Source of the DNA: an uncultured virus (IMG/VR IMGVR_UViG_3300021197_001448)
Taxonomy: Duplodnaviria > Heunggongvirae > Uroviricota > Caudoviricetes
Reading direction: 5' to 3' (one strand)
IMG/VR virus record: IMGVR_UViG_3300021197_001448
DNA: 36,719 bases
Both the position numbers and the translations under genes were made by a program. Shown here in pieces: positions 10,286 to 20,172 of this stretch. Each line of letters opens with the position of its first letter. The stretch's first letter is position 1. Under the pieces are notes generated by a model. It searched no databases, had not been told where the DNA came from, and worked only from the letters and a program-made list of their open reading frames with translations.

Positions 10286-11714
10286 TTGCCCACCCTAACC
10301 TGCTTTGCCATGCCTCAGCATCCAAAATGACTATGTTATCACGGTATTCCTTTGTTGCTTGAACAGCCAACGCAAGCGACATCACCATATCGTCATGACC
10401 TCCGAGACTTTCCATTCGACCATTATCCAACATGGTGAACGTGGAGAGTTCGGTCAATAAAGTATTCATCAATCTATGCGTCCCTCCTTCGTCTTTGTAG
10501 GGTATTGATAACTTCCCCTGTTCAAATTGTAGTTGGAGGGTATGAATTAAAGCCTCTTTCTTCAATCGGCTCATATTGAATGGTTTTATTGGTAAATCGC
10601 TAATCTCGTTTAGAACTTGATTAAATGCTATTGCGAAGTTATTTGTTTCAAGTTCGATGATTACTGGATTAAAACGTGCATTCAATTCAATAATTTTGTC
10701 AATTTGAGATGAGAAATCCATTCCCTTTTCATGATGAGTATGAATGATGTGCTTATTCCGATCTTTATCTACTGCAATTACCATCATGCAGGTATAGTCG
10801 GCTCTACGATCTGCTGAAATTGCAGGATCCCAACCGATGTAGTAATTGTATTCTTCACCGTCATGAGGATAATAGGACAAAGATAGTTCTTCGTCCTTGA
10901 CTCGTTCAAGAACTTCTTCTGGAAATAGACTTGCTTCACTGGCAATTGGTTTGCAGAGATACTCACGTGTAAATGCAATTGAAGTCATGTCATTACGACG
11001 ATTGTTTAATGCTTCTAACGACCAACGCTCAGGGAATAGTGGCTCTCCTGTCTGTTCATTGATCGCAGGATATTCTCGAACCGCATAAGATTTCAACTTC
11101 TTCAATTCAGCATACAAATCCGTATAAGAAAAAGGAGTTCCAACAATACACAACTGCGCTGTGTGGTGAAGAACAGGCAATAATGCTGTGTAAAACCATG
11201 AAGATATATGCTTTAGTTGCGTTTGGGCTTCGCTCGAAAGAATATCGTCAAGGACAACAATATCAGGGTGCGCTCCACGCACAGCCTTGCCAACCGACAT
11301 AGCCGATATTGATGATTTGTTGGTAAACTTGAATTTCTGTTTAGCCCATCCTCGCTTTGGCTTGAGATGTTGTAACGCAGGGATTGACTCGATCAACTCA
11401 TTCATTTTTCCCATGTGTTCGATAGATTGGTGCTGACTGTGCGAGAAGAAAAGAACTTCTGTGCCTGGATTGTAGGCCATTTTCCATAACAAATACACAC
11501 GATAGAATACGGACTTGCCATGATCACGACTCGCAATAATACAAGTTTTGCTTGTGTTTTCTGAAAGATCGAACCATTCCTGGTGAAACTTTGTCAAAAT
11601 CCAGGGGTTCTTTTTGTCATACTTGCCGCATATTTCTTCAAAAAAATACTTGAAATCCTTGCGCCCCATTTCGTAATCTACATTTGCAGATAATTGATTG
11701 AGCATATCAGACAT
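10278..11714 (-). CDS. terL: Terminase large subunit
   Basis: Walker A ASRDHGKS, Walker B IVVLDD, coupling motif VGTP, RNase H-like nuclease residues IGWDPA...DYT...HDDMVMSLALA. Confidence 0.95.
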   Translation of the reverse strand: MSDMLNQLSANVDYEMGRKDFKYFFEEICGKYDKKNPWILTKFHQEWFDLSENTSKTCIIASRDHGKSVFYRVYLLWKMAYNPGTEVLFFSHSQHQSIEHMGKMNELIESIPALQHLKPKRGWAKQKFKFTNKSSISAMSVGKAVRGAHPDIVVLDDILSSEAQTQLKHISSWFYTALLPVLHHTAQLCIVGTPFSYTDLYAELKKLKSYAVREYPAINEQTGEPLFPERWSLEALNNRRNDMTSIAFTREYLCKPIASEASLFPEEVLERVKDEELSLSYYPHDGEEYNYYIGWDPAISADRRADYTCMMVIAVDKDRNKHIIHTHHEKGMDFSSQIDKIIELNARFNPVIIELETNNFAIAFNQVLNEISDLPIKPFNMSRLKKEALIHTLQLQFEQGKLSIPYKDEGGTHRLMNTLLTELSTFTMLDNGRMESLGGHDDMVMSLALAVQATKEYRDNIVILDAEAWQSRLGWANV

Positions 11715-11722
11715 AATTACAC

Positions 11723-14230
11723 CTACTCAAACAAATCATTCATGCTCGTCCATTGAGTTGGGTTAGAATCTTCAAACTCAGGGGCTTGCATGAAATCAAA
11801 GAAACTTGGTTCTGCTTGAACCTGTTCATGTCCTCTTCCTCTTATGTTAATGGGTCCTGCCGCTTCTCCACCGTAGGATTTGTTATCTTTTGCAGGAAAC
11901 TGCGTAAACCTCAATTTTTCAGAAGCGATGTCATCATCCATTCCACCTCCAAGACGTTTCAAATTATCCAGATCATATAGAGACTCTCCTATGCGAACTC
12001 TGCCGTCTTTAGTTTTATTTTTGTCTTTGTGAACAGTACGAATCAATTTACGAAATTCGCTTGGGTATATGCTACCTACTTCTTTCATATTTTCAAAAGT
12101 AGGGATATTTACATCATTTGGGCGATCCGTATAATTTTTTCCGCCTATGGTTCTCATGCCTAAAATATCATGAGGCATTACTCCACTATTGCTTCTTCCT
12201 GCCTGTAAAATTGGCAGTTGCCATGTTCCACCATGAGCGTTTCCAGATGGGTCAAAGAATGGAGATCCGTATTCTAATTTTGGAATTTTGGGTTGTCTTG
12301 CTCTACGTGGAATTGAGGCTATAACATCTTTTCGATCTTTACTGGTTAATGGTCTTGGTTTGCCGCCATCTAAAATTGAAAATTCATCACTTTGTAAAGC
12401 CGTTCTCAAATCGCCCTTATCAGGATTTTTTATCCTTTGTTTTGTATTTTTGTAATAATCAGTTAATTTGTCTCTATTATCTATTGAATAATTTTGACCT
12501 TCATATATGGGTTTTGCATTTGGGTTTATCTTGCCAACATTGTAACTGGGAAATGACAAGGCAGGATGCATTGGAAAATTTGTATCAGGATTTTCAGCAA
12601 TTTGCATCAGTGCAGTATGTGGGTGATTTACGTTTTTGATATTTGTAATTCGTCCTAATCGATCTGTCAAAACTGGACTAAAACCATCATCTCCATAAAT
12701 AGGTTTTGACAGACTTAACGCTTGTTGTAACAAATCAAGGTCTTTCATTGGTAATGCCTTTACCAAAGAACGTGTGAATTCATCAGGAGTAGGTCTGCGC
12801 TCAATCGTTGTTTTGAGATCTTGCGTTTTCTTACTTTTTGAATCGTCATTTACTTTTTTTTTTTCAGACGATGAATTATTGAAATCGTCTATTGCTTCTT
12901 TTGCATCTTCGTAGTGAGGTGAATCATTATCTTCTAAATCACCAAGAGCGTTATACAATTCTGATTTAGCATCTTTGTTACCATCTCGAACCATCTCAAT
13001 GACACTCAAAACATCATCGCTTTTAGGACTCGATCCTAATTTTGGAACCTTTGATCCTTCTTTTGGAGTTGGTTTTGAATTGCCCATAGATCGGGCGACC
13101 TTTGCATTCAAATTATCTGCCAAGTCTTTTACTCGCTTTTTTCCAGTAGAAGTGGCTTTTGGAGTTTTTTCTTCTTTCGCATTTTTCTTTTCGGTCGGTG
13201 CGGCTTTTGGTGCGACCTCAGCAACCGTTGGATCGGTTTGAATATCAGGCGTTGGTTGCGCTTCTGGTTCCTTTCCAAACTCTCGGCCAATTCTATTGAA
13301 CTCATTGAATGATTCATTGATGCCTTGATTTACGCCTTGAGCAACTTCTCTTCCATCATTGACCATTCCTGAAAATGCCTCTTCAAATGCGTTGCTGTGT
13401 TCAGTTTCTTCTCTCATCGGAGGCTCAAATGGTCCTTCACTTTGAGTTGCTTCTCGAACATCGTTGAGAACAGCCTCTTGTTCAACAGACGGTTCAGCAG
13501 TTTCCTGATTCTGTGGGTGATGTTCTTCTGGAACATCTCGGAATACTTGTTTTTTGTACGCGTCAATTTTTTCGTCTGCTTCTTCCTGAGTTATGACTCC
13601 CTCTTTTACGGCTTCTCGATATTGTTCAGCCCCCAAATTGAAGTCTTGATGTCTGCGACCCATATCTTCAACTATTCTGCTTCTTTGTCCAGCAGTTAGT
13701 TCGCTATAATTTGTTGGAAATGGATCTCCCTCTGCGCGAGTTCCTAAATCTCTTTTAGGTGTTTGAGTTTCAACTGGTGCTGCTTCAGGAACGTTTTGAG
13801 TAATGTCTGGAGTTTGTGACGGAAATCCCTCATTGACATAATCGTGTCGTCCTGCATTTGAACCCCCTTTAGGGCTGTGGTCTGAAACGCCTAAATTCGC
13901 AAATTGCTGTTGAAGTTCTTCGGGACTAAGCGATGGTGGAGTTCCAACCGTTTCTTCAACTGGTATTGATTCATCTATGGTTGGAGTCGATTCATCATCA
14001 GGGGTTGTTATATCATCCCCAAATGTAGTTGGTTGTTCTTCTTGTGCAGGAGGTGATGAGGCCATCTCCTGTTGAGGTTGTATGTAGCCGCTTCGTTGAG
14101 GTTCTAATGTTGGTGCGAGCGTAGATCGTAATCGATCAATTCCTCTTTGTCGTCTAAAATCACGTCGATTTTGACGGCCATCCCTAAAGCCTTTGTAAAT
14201 AAAATCCAAAGCGTCATCACGATTTTCCAT
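11723..14230 (-). CDS. Large, mostly low-complexity (E/P/K-rich) protein with a globular C-terminal third
   Basis: Start reassigned from 14347 to ATG 14230 (MENRDDALDFIYKG): it has a GGTGA RBS and follows the upstream stop at 14235. Confidence 0.75.
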   Translation of the reverse strand: MENRDDALDFIYKGFRDGRQNRRDFRRQRGIDRLRSTLAPTLEPQRSGYIQPQQEMASSPPAQEEQPTTFGDDITTPDDESTPTIDESIPVEETVGTPPSLSPEELQQQFANLGVSDHSPKGGSNAGRHDYVNEGFPSQTPDITQNVPEAAPVETQTPKRDLGTRAEGDPFPTNYSELTAGQRSRIVEDMGRRHQDFNLGAEQYREAVKEGVITQEEADEKIDAYKKQVFRDVPEEHHPQNQETAEPSVEQEAVLNDVREATQSEGPFEPPMREETEHSNAFEEAFSGMVNDGREVAQGVNQGINESFNEFNRIGREFGKEPEAQPTPDIQTDPTVAEVAPKAAPTEKKNAKEEKTPKATSTGKKRVKDLADNLNAKVARSMGNSKPTPKEGSKVPKLGSSPKSDDVLSVIEMVRDGNKDAKSELYNALGDLEDNDSPHYEDAKEAIDDFNNSSSEKKKVNDDSKSKKTQDLKTTIERRPTPDEFTRSLVKALPMKDLDLLQQALSLSKPIYGDDGFSPVLTDRLGRITNIKNVNHPHTALMQIAENPDTNFPMHPALSFPSYNVGKINPNAKPIYEGQNYSIDNRDKLTDYYKNTKQRIKNPDKGDLRTALQSDEFSILDGGKPRPLTSKDRKDVIASIPRRARQPKIPKLEYGSPFFDPSGNAHGGTWQLPILQAGRSNSGVMPHDILGMRTIGGKNYTDRPNDVNIPTFENMKEVGSIYPSEFRKLIRTVHKDKNKTKDGRVRIGESLYDLDNLKRLGGGMDDDIASEKLRFTQFPAKDNKSYGGEAAGPINIRGRGHEQVQAEPSFFDFMQAPEFEDSNPTQWTSMNDLFE

Positions 14231-14234
14231 CGTA

Positions 14235-15499
14235 TCACCTTCGTAGATTGTGAGTTGTAGTTCTTTCTTGAATTTGTTTTCTAAGAGACAGGACATCGGA
14301 ATAGGCCGATAGTTGAGAATCAAATGATGTAGCAACCATTGGCGCATTCATCCCCATAGCACGTTGATTCATGCGTTGATTTGCTGATTGGAAATTTTGA
14401 GTCTGTTGTTGAGATTGCTCATTGGCCTTTTTACGCCCACCTGCGCCTGTTTTTCCTAATCCAGCAGTTGCACCAAAAGTAGCGACATCGAAAAACTTGC
14501 CCATTCCAGATCTATTTTTCGCCCATGTTTGATCTGCTGCGCCTTTTCCTTGNNNNNNNNNNNNNNNNNNNNNNNNNNNNNNNNNNNNNNNNNNNNNNNN
14601 NNNNNNNNNNNNNNNNNNNNNNNNNNNNNNNNNNNNNNNNNNNNNNNNNNNNCCTTTTTACGCCCACCTGCGCCTGTTTTTCCTAATCCAGCAGTTGCAC
14701 CAAAAGTAGCGACATCGAAAAACTTGCCCATTCCAGATCTATTTTTCGCCCATGTTTGATCTGCTGCGCCTTTTCCTTGCTGAATCGTTTGCATATCTTG
14801 ACCTGCCTGAAATTGTTGCGCCATTCCTTGAACTTGAGGATTTACAAAGCCACCTTTACCTTGAGCCTGTGGTTGTTGCTGTTGAGTAGGTTGCTGTTGA
14901 GTAGGTTGCTGTTGAGTAGGTTGCTGTTGAGTAGGTTGCTGTTGAGTAGGTTGCTGTTGCGGCTGTTGTTGAGTTGTATCTGTAACATTTCCAGTACCAC
15001 TCGATCCCGTAGTATCTGCATTGGCATTATGAACTTCTGTTGTTGTGGTTTGTGCAGGTTTGCCATCTGAACCCATTTTTGTGTCTGTTTTGACTTGATC
15101 AGGAGTGCCTGTCCCTGTAACTGAGCCATCATCGCCCATACCCGCTTGTTGCATACCTACTTCCTGTAAGGATTGCGTAGTGCCATCTGCGTTCTTAATT
15201 GATTGATCAGTCATTCCTGGTACGGTTTGAGGCGCGGTGTTAATGTTTCCTTTCGCAGCATTTGCATCAAACATCTCATTTCTTGCCGTTTGCTGACCAG
15301 TAGTCTTATTGTCTTTTACCTGTTGATTATAGTCATCCTTGCCCATCCCCATTTTTTGTCGATGTAACTTTGCACCAACAAAGGGAATCATGCCTCTTTT
15401 TGATCCTGGTAGTTTAGATTGGCCGAGAATTTTGACAATATCATCGTTGGAATGCCCCAGTGCATCAAGTCTTGCTCTTAAAATTAAATCATTATTCAT
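14235..15499 (-). CDS. Q/T/G-rich low-complexity protein (about 345 aa once the gap artefact is collapsed)
   Basis: Track ORFs 14456..15499 and 14235..14504 join in frame if the 100 N and one copy of the 127-bp duplicate are removed. Confidence 0.75.
14426..14779. other. Scaffold gap (100 N, 14553-14652) flanked by an exact 127-bp duplication (14426-14552 = 14653-14779)
   Basis: Direct comparison of the flanks; typical of an unmerged k-mer overlap. Confidence 0.9.
14875..14959. repeat. Tandem repeat of the 15-bp unit GTTGCTGTTGAGTAG, about 5.7 copies (encodes PTQQQ)
   Basis: Exact copies start at 14875, 14890, 14905, 14920 and 14935, followed by a partial copy. Confidence 0.95.
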
Positions 15500-17375
15500 T
15501 AAAAATCACCTTCACCATTTGAACTTCTATTTTTGTCATATCGAAAGATTTCGCTAAATTATCCCAATCTCCCCTACTGTGGAAAACTGTGATTATATCG
15601 GAATTTGGTCTTTTCATTGTATTGCCAACCTTTGTTACATCTTCAATTGATTTGATCGACAAAGAAGATTTGATAAGGCTTTGATGTTGATACGGAACAT
15701 TCATTTCTTTTTTAGCGATCTCTAACTGCACGTTTTCAAGCATTTCACTCAAAGCATCTTTATTTGAGAAGTCGGCTTTACCAAATGACGGAAACAATGT
15801 TTCGTAGGCATAACCAAGCCTTGACATCAAATTATCCAAGAATCCACGCCCCGTACTTTGATTCGGAGTTGGTCTTGAGGGATAAGCATTTAGGGAAGAG
15901 ATAGGGGGTGCGGGTGGTTTTTGTGGTAGGGAAGAGATAGGGGGAGTAGGTGTTTTTTGTGGTGCAGGTAAAGCACCGACAATAGATTGATTTTGTTTTG
16001 GAGGTTCAGCAGGAGGTTGAACTGGAAGAGGCGGAGGTCGTGAAACAGCCTCTTGTATTGGTGTTTCAGTATTAAATGTTGGATTGAAGAACTCTGACAT
16101 AGACCCTGCGTTTGGTTGTTGAGGTTGTTTTGGTTGTTCAGAAGGAGCCTGTTGTTCATCAACTGGAGAGGGAATGTTGGCATTTCTTGGCATAACTGCA
16201 TCTGGACTCAAATAATCAAGTTTCTTTCCACTTGCTAACAATTCATCACGCTTTGCAGCCATAAGTTGATCTCTTGAATTTGAGATGTGATCGTATTTTC
16301 CCGAATAAGCATTCTGATGAACCTCTCTCGATTTTTCTTCATCCCAACCAAAATGCTTACCATAGAATTTAATTTGTGCAGGGGATGGATCAGGTTTGTG
16401 ATAATAAGAATTGCCTGTGGTTCGATACATTGAATGGTTTCTTGCTTCTGGAGGTATGAATTCTAACAAAGAATCCCTTGAATCTGCATTTTCATATTTT
16501 TGCTCAGTTACCCTTTGTTGCATATTACCCTCAGAGAAGTTCCCATATTGTAATCCGCTACTATGTCGTATTCCTCCAAACTTGTCAAATTCGGGAAGGT
16601 TTCGCAACGCTTGTAAAGCCATTCCCTTTAATTGATCAGGAGGGGCGTTGGGATATGCCATTTTTATATTTTGAACTGCTTGCCCAAATCTTGATCGAAG
16701 GTTTCCATCTCGAATGTAAATCGAATCGCCATGTATAATTCTTGGATTGATTTCATCGCTTGCTTTTGGCATTTTAAGATCGGGATATTTTTCTTTTCTC
16801 AATACCTGGAGTCCGATACCGTATGGACGTGCATATGCTTCGGGTTTTCCAGTCAATGCACTTTTGTATTGTGTAATTAACGCCCCTTGTGGGTTATGAG
16901 TTTGTCCGTTTTTTGATCCAATAACAGGTTGCCTCCATGCTTGAACAGCAACATAATTTCCCATGTCATTTTCAAATGCCATAGGTATATCTCGATGTGC
17001 CACACCTGCTTCAAAATTTTTCTGTTTGTTTATTTCATTGGTCTTAGCAATGGCTTCATTGATTAACGGTGCGCCAACGTTCACGGCCTTTTGGAATGCT
17101 TGATGCCACGCTTGAGGATTTGCTGCCTCGCCTTGATTTATGATTTCAATATCTTGAGGTGTCAATCCTCCTATCCCTTGATTTGAGGCTAATTTTACTG
17201 CATCGGCTTCAACCCCTGCAAAATTGTCATGGTTTAGATCGTGATGACTGTCTCGAAGCGCAGCATATCCATCTTCAACACTATCTGTGCTTAACATAGC
17301 CTCAATAAATTCATGGATGTTAAACAATCCATGTCCTTTACGGATAAGAAAGTCATTTAAGACAACAAGGGGCAT
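15492..17375 (-). CDS. Hypothetical protein with a Pro-rich linker (probable virion/head-associated)
   Basis: 627-aa ORF from ATG 17375 with a GGAGGGTG RBS; no recognisable enzyme motif. Confidence 0.75.
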   Translation of the reverse strand: MPLVVLNDFLIRKGHGLFNIHEFIEAMLSTDSVEDGYAALRDSHHDLNHDNFAGVEADAVKLASNQGIGGLTPQDIEIINQGEAANPQAWHQAFQKAVNVGAPLINEAIAKTNEINKQKNFEAGVAHRDIPMAFENDMGNYVAVQAWRQPVIGSKNGQTHNPQGALITQYKSALTGKPEAYARPYGIGLQVLRKEKYPDLKMPKASDEINPRIIHGDSIYIRDGNLRSRFGQAVQNIKMAYPNAPPDQLKGMALQALRNLPEFDKFGGIRHSSGLQYGNFSEGNMQQRVTEQKYENADSRDSLLEFIPPEARNHSMYRTTGNSYYHKPDPSPAQIKFYGKHFGWDEEKSREVHQNAYSGKYDHISNSRDQLMAAKRDELLASGKKLDYLSPDAVMPRNANIPSPVDEQQAPSEQPKQPQQPNAGSMSEFFNPTFNTETPIQEAVSRPPPLPVQPPAEPPKQNQSIVGALPAPQKTPTPPISSLPQKPPAPPISSLNAYPSRPTPNQSTGRGFLDNLMSRLGYAYETLFPSFGKADFSNKDALSEMLENVQLEIAKKEMNVPYQHQSLIKSSLSIKSIEDVTKVGNTMKRPNSDIITVFHSRGDWDNLAKSFDMTKIEVQMVKVIFNE

Positions 17376-17455
17376 CAAACACCCTCCAAATTATATTGAT
17401 CCCACCACGAAAGAGAATTGTACCATCTCCAAAAATCATCATCTAATTTATCCAT
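17375..17455 (-). CDS. 26-aa Trp/Asp-rich micro-protein MDKLDDDFWRWYNSLSWWDQYNLEGV
   Basis: Fills the intergenic gap exactly; GAGGTGA RBS just upstream of the ATG; its stop overlaps the next start (TGATG). Confidence 0.55.
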   Translation of the reverse strand: MDKLDDDFWRWYNSLSWWDQYNLEGV

Positions 17456-17459
17456 TAGA

Positions 17460-18755
17460 TCACCTCTTGCCTGTCAATCCCATCTCATTGCTCAAAGCCA
17501 TATCAACAAAAGCCCTGTAAGGTTTATCTTCCTCATTCAATTTAGTTGCGCCAGTTGGTGCTGATGCAGTATCGCCATTTACCTGTGCGCCAACCTTACC
17601 TTCGTTTCCAAGTTCAGGTGTGGCTTTTGTCAATTTGTTGAGTTGTTGAACTAACTTCTCAATCTTACGTTTCATAGCCATTATTTCAGAACGTGAAATA
17701 TTTAATTTTGATTTGTGAATGTCTGATTTAGCAACTAAAGGATCGTGAATCCCAAGAGCATCACCTATTGCGTTTCTTGAAAATTTATTGGTTCCAGTTC
17801 CCATGCGTGATACTGATGGCAACTTTGTTCCAGGACCAATTGTGCCTCCTTGAATAACACCACGCTTTGTTCCCACCCCTCTTGTATCAGCGTGGTGAGT
17901 TAATCCACGTGGGAGAGAGCCGACTTGCCTTCGCATTCGCTCATATGCCTTTTTTCGTTCCCATGCAATAGGATCTCTCAATCGAAGCGGAATAGCCTCT
18001 GATCTTGAACGGCCTACGCCTCTAACTGCTTCTGTGTGTTTAATTGGATGAAACGCTTGCCTACGTGAGCCTCGATCAACATCTAATTCAAGATTACCTG
18101 CACGTCGCTTTGTCATAGATTTGATTTGTCGGCCTCCACGTGCCGCCTTTCCTTTCTTTGCCTGTCGCTTCTTTTTTCGCTTTCGCTTGGCCTTTCCTTT
18201 ACGTTCATCTTCATCAGAATCTTCGTCATCATACATATGACGGCCTTTGTATTTTCGTCTGCCTTTTGAGATGCTATCCCAAGTAGAATCAAATATCTCG
18301 TCACTGGTTTTTCCAAGCATAGCAGGGACTACTGAATTGCTTTGACCATATTTTACGTTAGGTCCTTCACTACGAACTGAACCCGCATTGAATCCATTTG
18401 ATAAACCGATGCCGTTTCTATTCATATCCAGTCCGATACCTGCTTCAAGCATAGTCTGTTCTTGTTCAAATTGGGGCGATCTCCCTAAAGTATCATCTAT
18501 TTTTTCTGGTTTTATGCTAATATGCGGTATCTTTGGGGCTAATTCAGCCACCGCACGTTCTTTTCGCTTTGCAGGATCTTTTTGATCACGGCTATGAGTA
18601 TCTTCTGGAGTTTCACGGCCATGATGAGATAAACCGTCACTATCTTCATTCGGATTGATGTCGTGATCAATCATCTCACGTGGGCGGAATCCGCCTGTCA
18701 CTTCTTGAGTTCTTGGAGTCCAAAGAAGTGGCTCTCTTGGATTACTACTGACCAT
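17460..18755 (-). CDS. Hypothetical protein with a highly basic K/R-rich central region (possible DNA-binding core protein)
   Basis: KAKRKRKKKRQAKKGKAARGGR segment; internal IFDSTWDSISKG leader-like motif. Confidence 0.7.
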   Translation of the reverse strand: MVSSNPREPLLWTPRTQEVTGGFRPREMIDHDINPNEDSDGLSHHGRETPEDTHSRDQKDPAKRKERAVAELAPKIPHISIKPEKIDDTLGRSPQFEQEQTMLEAGIGLDMNRNGIGLSNGFNAGSVRSEGPNVKYGQSNSVVPAMLGKTSDEIFDSTWDSISKGRRKYKGRHMYDDEDSDEDERKGKAKRKRKKKRQAKKGKAARGGRQIKSMTKRRAGNLELDVDRGSRRQAFHPIKHTEAVRGVGRSRSEAIPLRLRDPIAWERKKAYERMRRQVGSLPRGLTHHADTRGVGTKRGVIQGGTIGPGTKLPSVSRMGTGTNKFSRNAIGDALGIHDPLVAKSDIHKSKLNISRSEIMAMKRKIEKLVQQLNKLTKATPELGNEGKVGAQVNGDTASAPTGATKLNEEDKPYRAFVDMALSNEMGLTGKR

Positions 18756-19185
18756 CTTTTAACCTCCTTCGTATGGCTCTATACACTACATCTATTTCAT
18801 TTGGCAAGGTCATGTACCATTGAGCCAATGAAGGTACACGCGCATATGATTTTGACATAGGCAACATCTTTTGTTTAAGATCGGTGATAATCTGTGTTCC
18901 ATCAAGTAAAGAGATACAATCAGCACCAGGATTAGTTTTGAGAATTTTTAAATCATCGATCAGCAAACGAGTCATAATCAAAGAACCCCATATGTTTGAA
19001 ACTACTTCGCTTGGATATTCAAGATGCTCTGAAACAGCATCTGCCCATCGCTTTACAACCTGATCAACTGAATTTGTATAGAAAAGCAAATCCCCAACAG
19101 TCCATTCATCTTTTGGAATCTTTGTGTTTAGAATAGAATCATGCTCAGGCATATCTTTAAGCATCAAATGACGAACTGATTTCAT
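18745..19185 (-). CDS. Hypothetical protein
   Basis: Coupled ORF; no recognisable motif. Confidence 0.7.
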   Translation of the reverse strand: MKSVRHLMLKDMPEHDSILNTKIPKDEWTVGDLLFYTNSVDQVVKRWADAVSEHLEYPSEVVSNIWGSLIMTRLLIDDLKILKTNPGADCISLLDGTQIITDLKQKMLPMSKSYARVPSLAQWYMTLPNEIDVVYRAIRRRLKDGQ

Positions 19186-19892
19186 TCACTCATCACTCCT
19201 GACGCAACCAATCTATGTTTTAACTCAATCCATTCTTGAGGTGATTTTTCTGTGTAAAACTGTTGTAAAACATTTAAGATAGAAACCGATTGCTTATCTT
19301 CAATGGTTTCAGCCTTCTCCATCCACTTTGCTAATTCAACCAAAGTATCTCGAACTTCACGATGAACTTTCAAAGCAGTTTCAACATCACGCATTTCAAT
19401 GATTTCTTCTTCATCATCAAATTGATTTTCTACATGATCGAGAACTCGCCCAAGAAGCCTATCTAAACGATTCATATTTTTTTCTACACGGCCTAATGAT
19501 TCATGAACTGTTTTCATTGCATTCGGCAATGCTTCTATGTGGATATGTTGTTGAATAATTGGTTTTGTATGCTTTTCCATGTGGTTTGAAACTAAACTAC
19601 TGGCAATACCCAACTCAATAGCAAAGTCATCAATACCTGCCCTTCCTTCGAGTATTGCAGATTCAATGTGTGAGCGATTTGGATCTGTGCATATAGGGCA
19701 TTGAGTATTACTGTTGTTGTAATATTCTCCAGAGTGCCTTCGCATATGTCGATGAGATGTTCCTTCCGCCCATTGGTTCTGATGATCGCAATCTTGAACG
19801 TCTAACGACCCTTCAAGAATTTTCTTTTCAAGTAAATCTCTATCTGGATGTTGGCAAAACGCACAATTTTTGCGTGTCTGACGACCAGCCAT
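19182..19892 (-). CDS. Tandem Zn-finger/HTH protein with a coiled coil; candidate terminase small subunit
   Basis: Two repeats of CxxC..P.R...E..ILEG...HxxxH followed by a helical oligomerisation-like region; upstream of terL in the same transcription unit. Confidence 0.5.
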   Translation of the reverse strand: MAGRQTRKNCAFCQHPDRDLLEKKILEGSLDVQDCDHQNQWAEGTSHRHMRRHSGEYYNNSNTQCPICTDPNRSHIESAILEGRAGIDDFAIELGIASSLVSNHMEKHTKPIIQQHIHIEALPNAMKTVHESLGRVEKNMNRLDRLLGRVLDHVENQFDDEEEIIEMRDVETALKVHREVRDTLVELAKWMEKAETIEDKQSVSILNVLQQFYTEKSPQEWIELKHRLVASGVMSE

Positions 19893-19923
19893 AATTTATC
19901 CCACGCTCGTTGTGCTTATTGGC

Positions 19924-20172
19924 TTATTCATGCTTTCTATGCATATAACACAAGTTATTGTCATCAAGATCAGACTTCCGCTTGCATCTATTGCCGTTTT
20001 TTGTTGTAGCAACACATTGAATGACTGGCTTTTCTTTTTTGCCTAAAATGATTTTTACATCGTCCATGTCGAAATCGCCATCTCCATCTTGATCGAACCG
20101 TGTTAGCAGAGGGCTATACGGTAACGGGTTTAACCGCCTCATTCCCATTGAGGCATTACCGAAAGGAAGCAA
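19924..20172 (-). CDS. Small protein with an EF-hand-like loop and a CCCH Zn finger
   Basis: DQDGDGDFDMDD and CVATTKNGNRC...LCYMH motifs. Confidence 0.65.
   Translation of the reverse strand: MLPFGNASMGMRRLNPLPYSPLLTRFDQDGDGDFDMDDVKIILGKKEKPVIQCVATTKNGNRCKRKSDLDDNNLCYMHRKHE

Noticed and set aside
10278..11714. Intein or intron in the terminase
   Set aside because: Length and motif spacing are normal, and no splicing motifs are seen.
14426..14779. 127-bp direct repeat around the N run as a biological repeat, terminal repeat or attachment site
   Set aside because: It is an exact copy flanking exactly 100 N, its length equals a common assembler k-mer, and collapsing it restores a single ORF. 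It is an assembly artefact.
14875..14959. 15-bp repeats as a CRISPR array
   Set aside because: No spacers; an in-frame coding microsatellite (PTQQQ).
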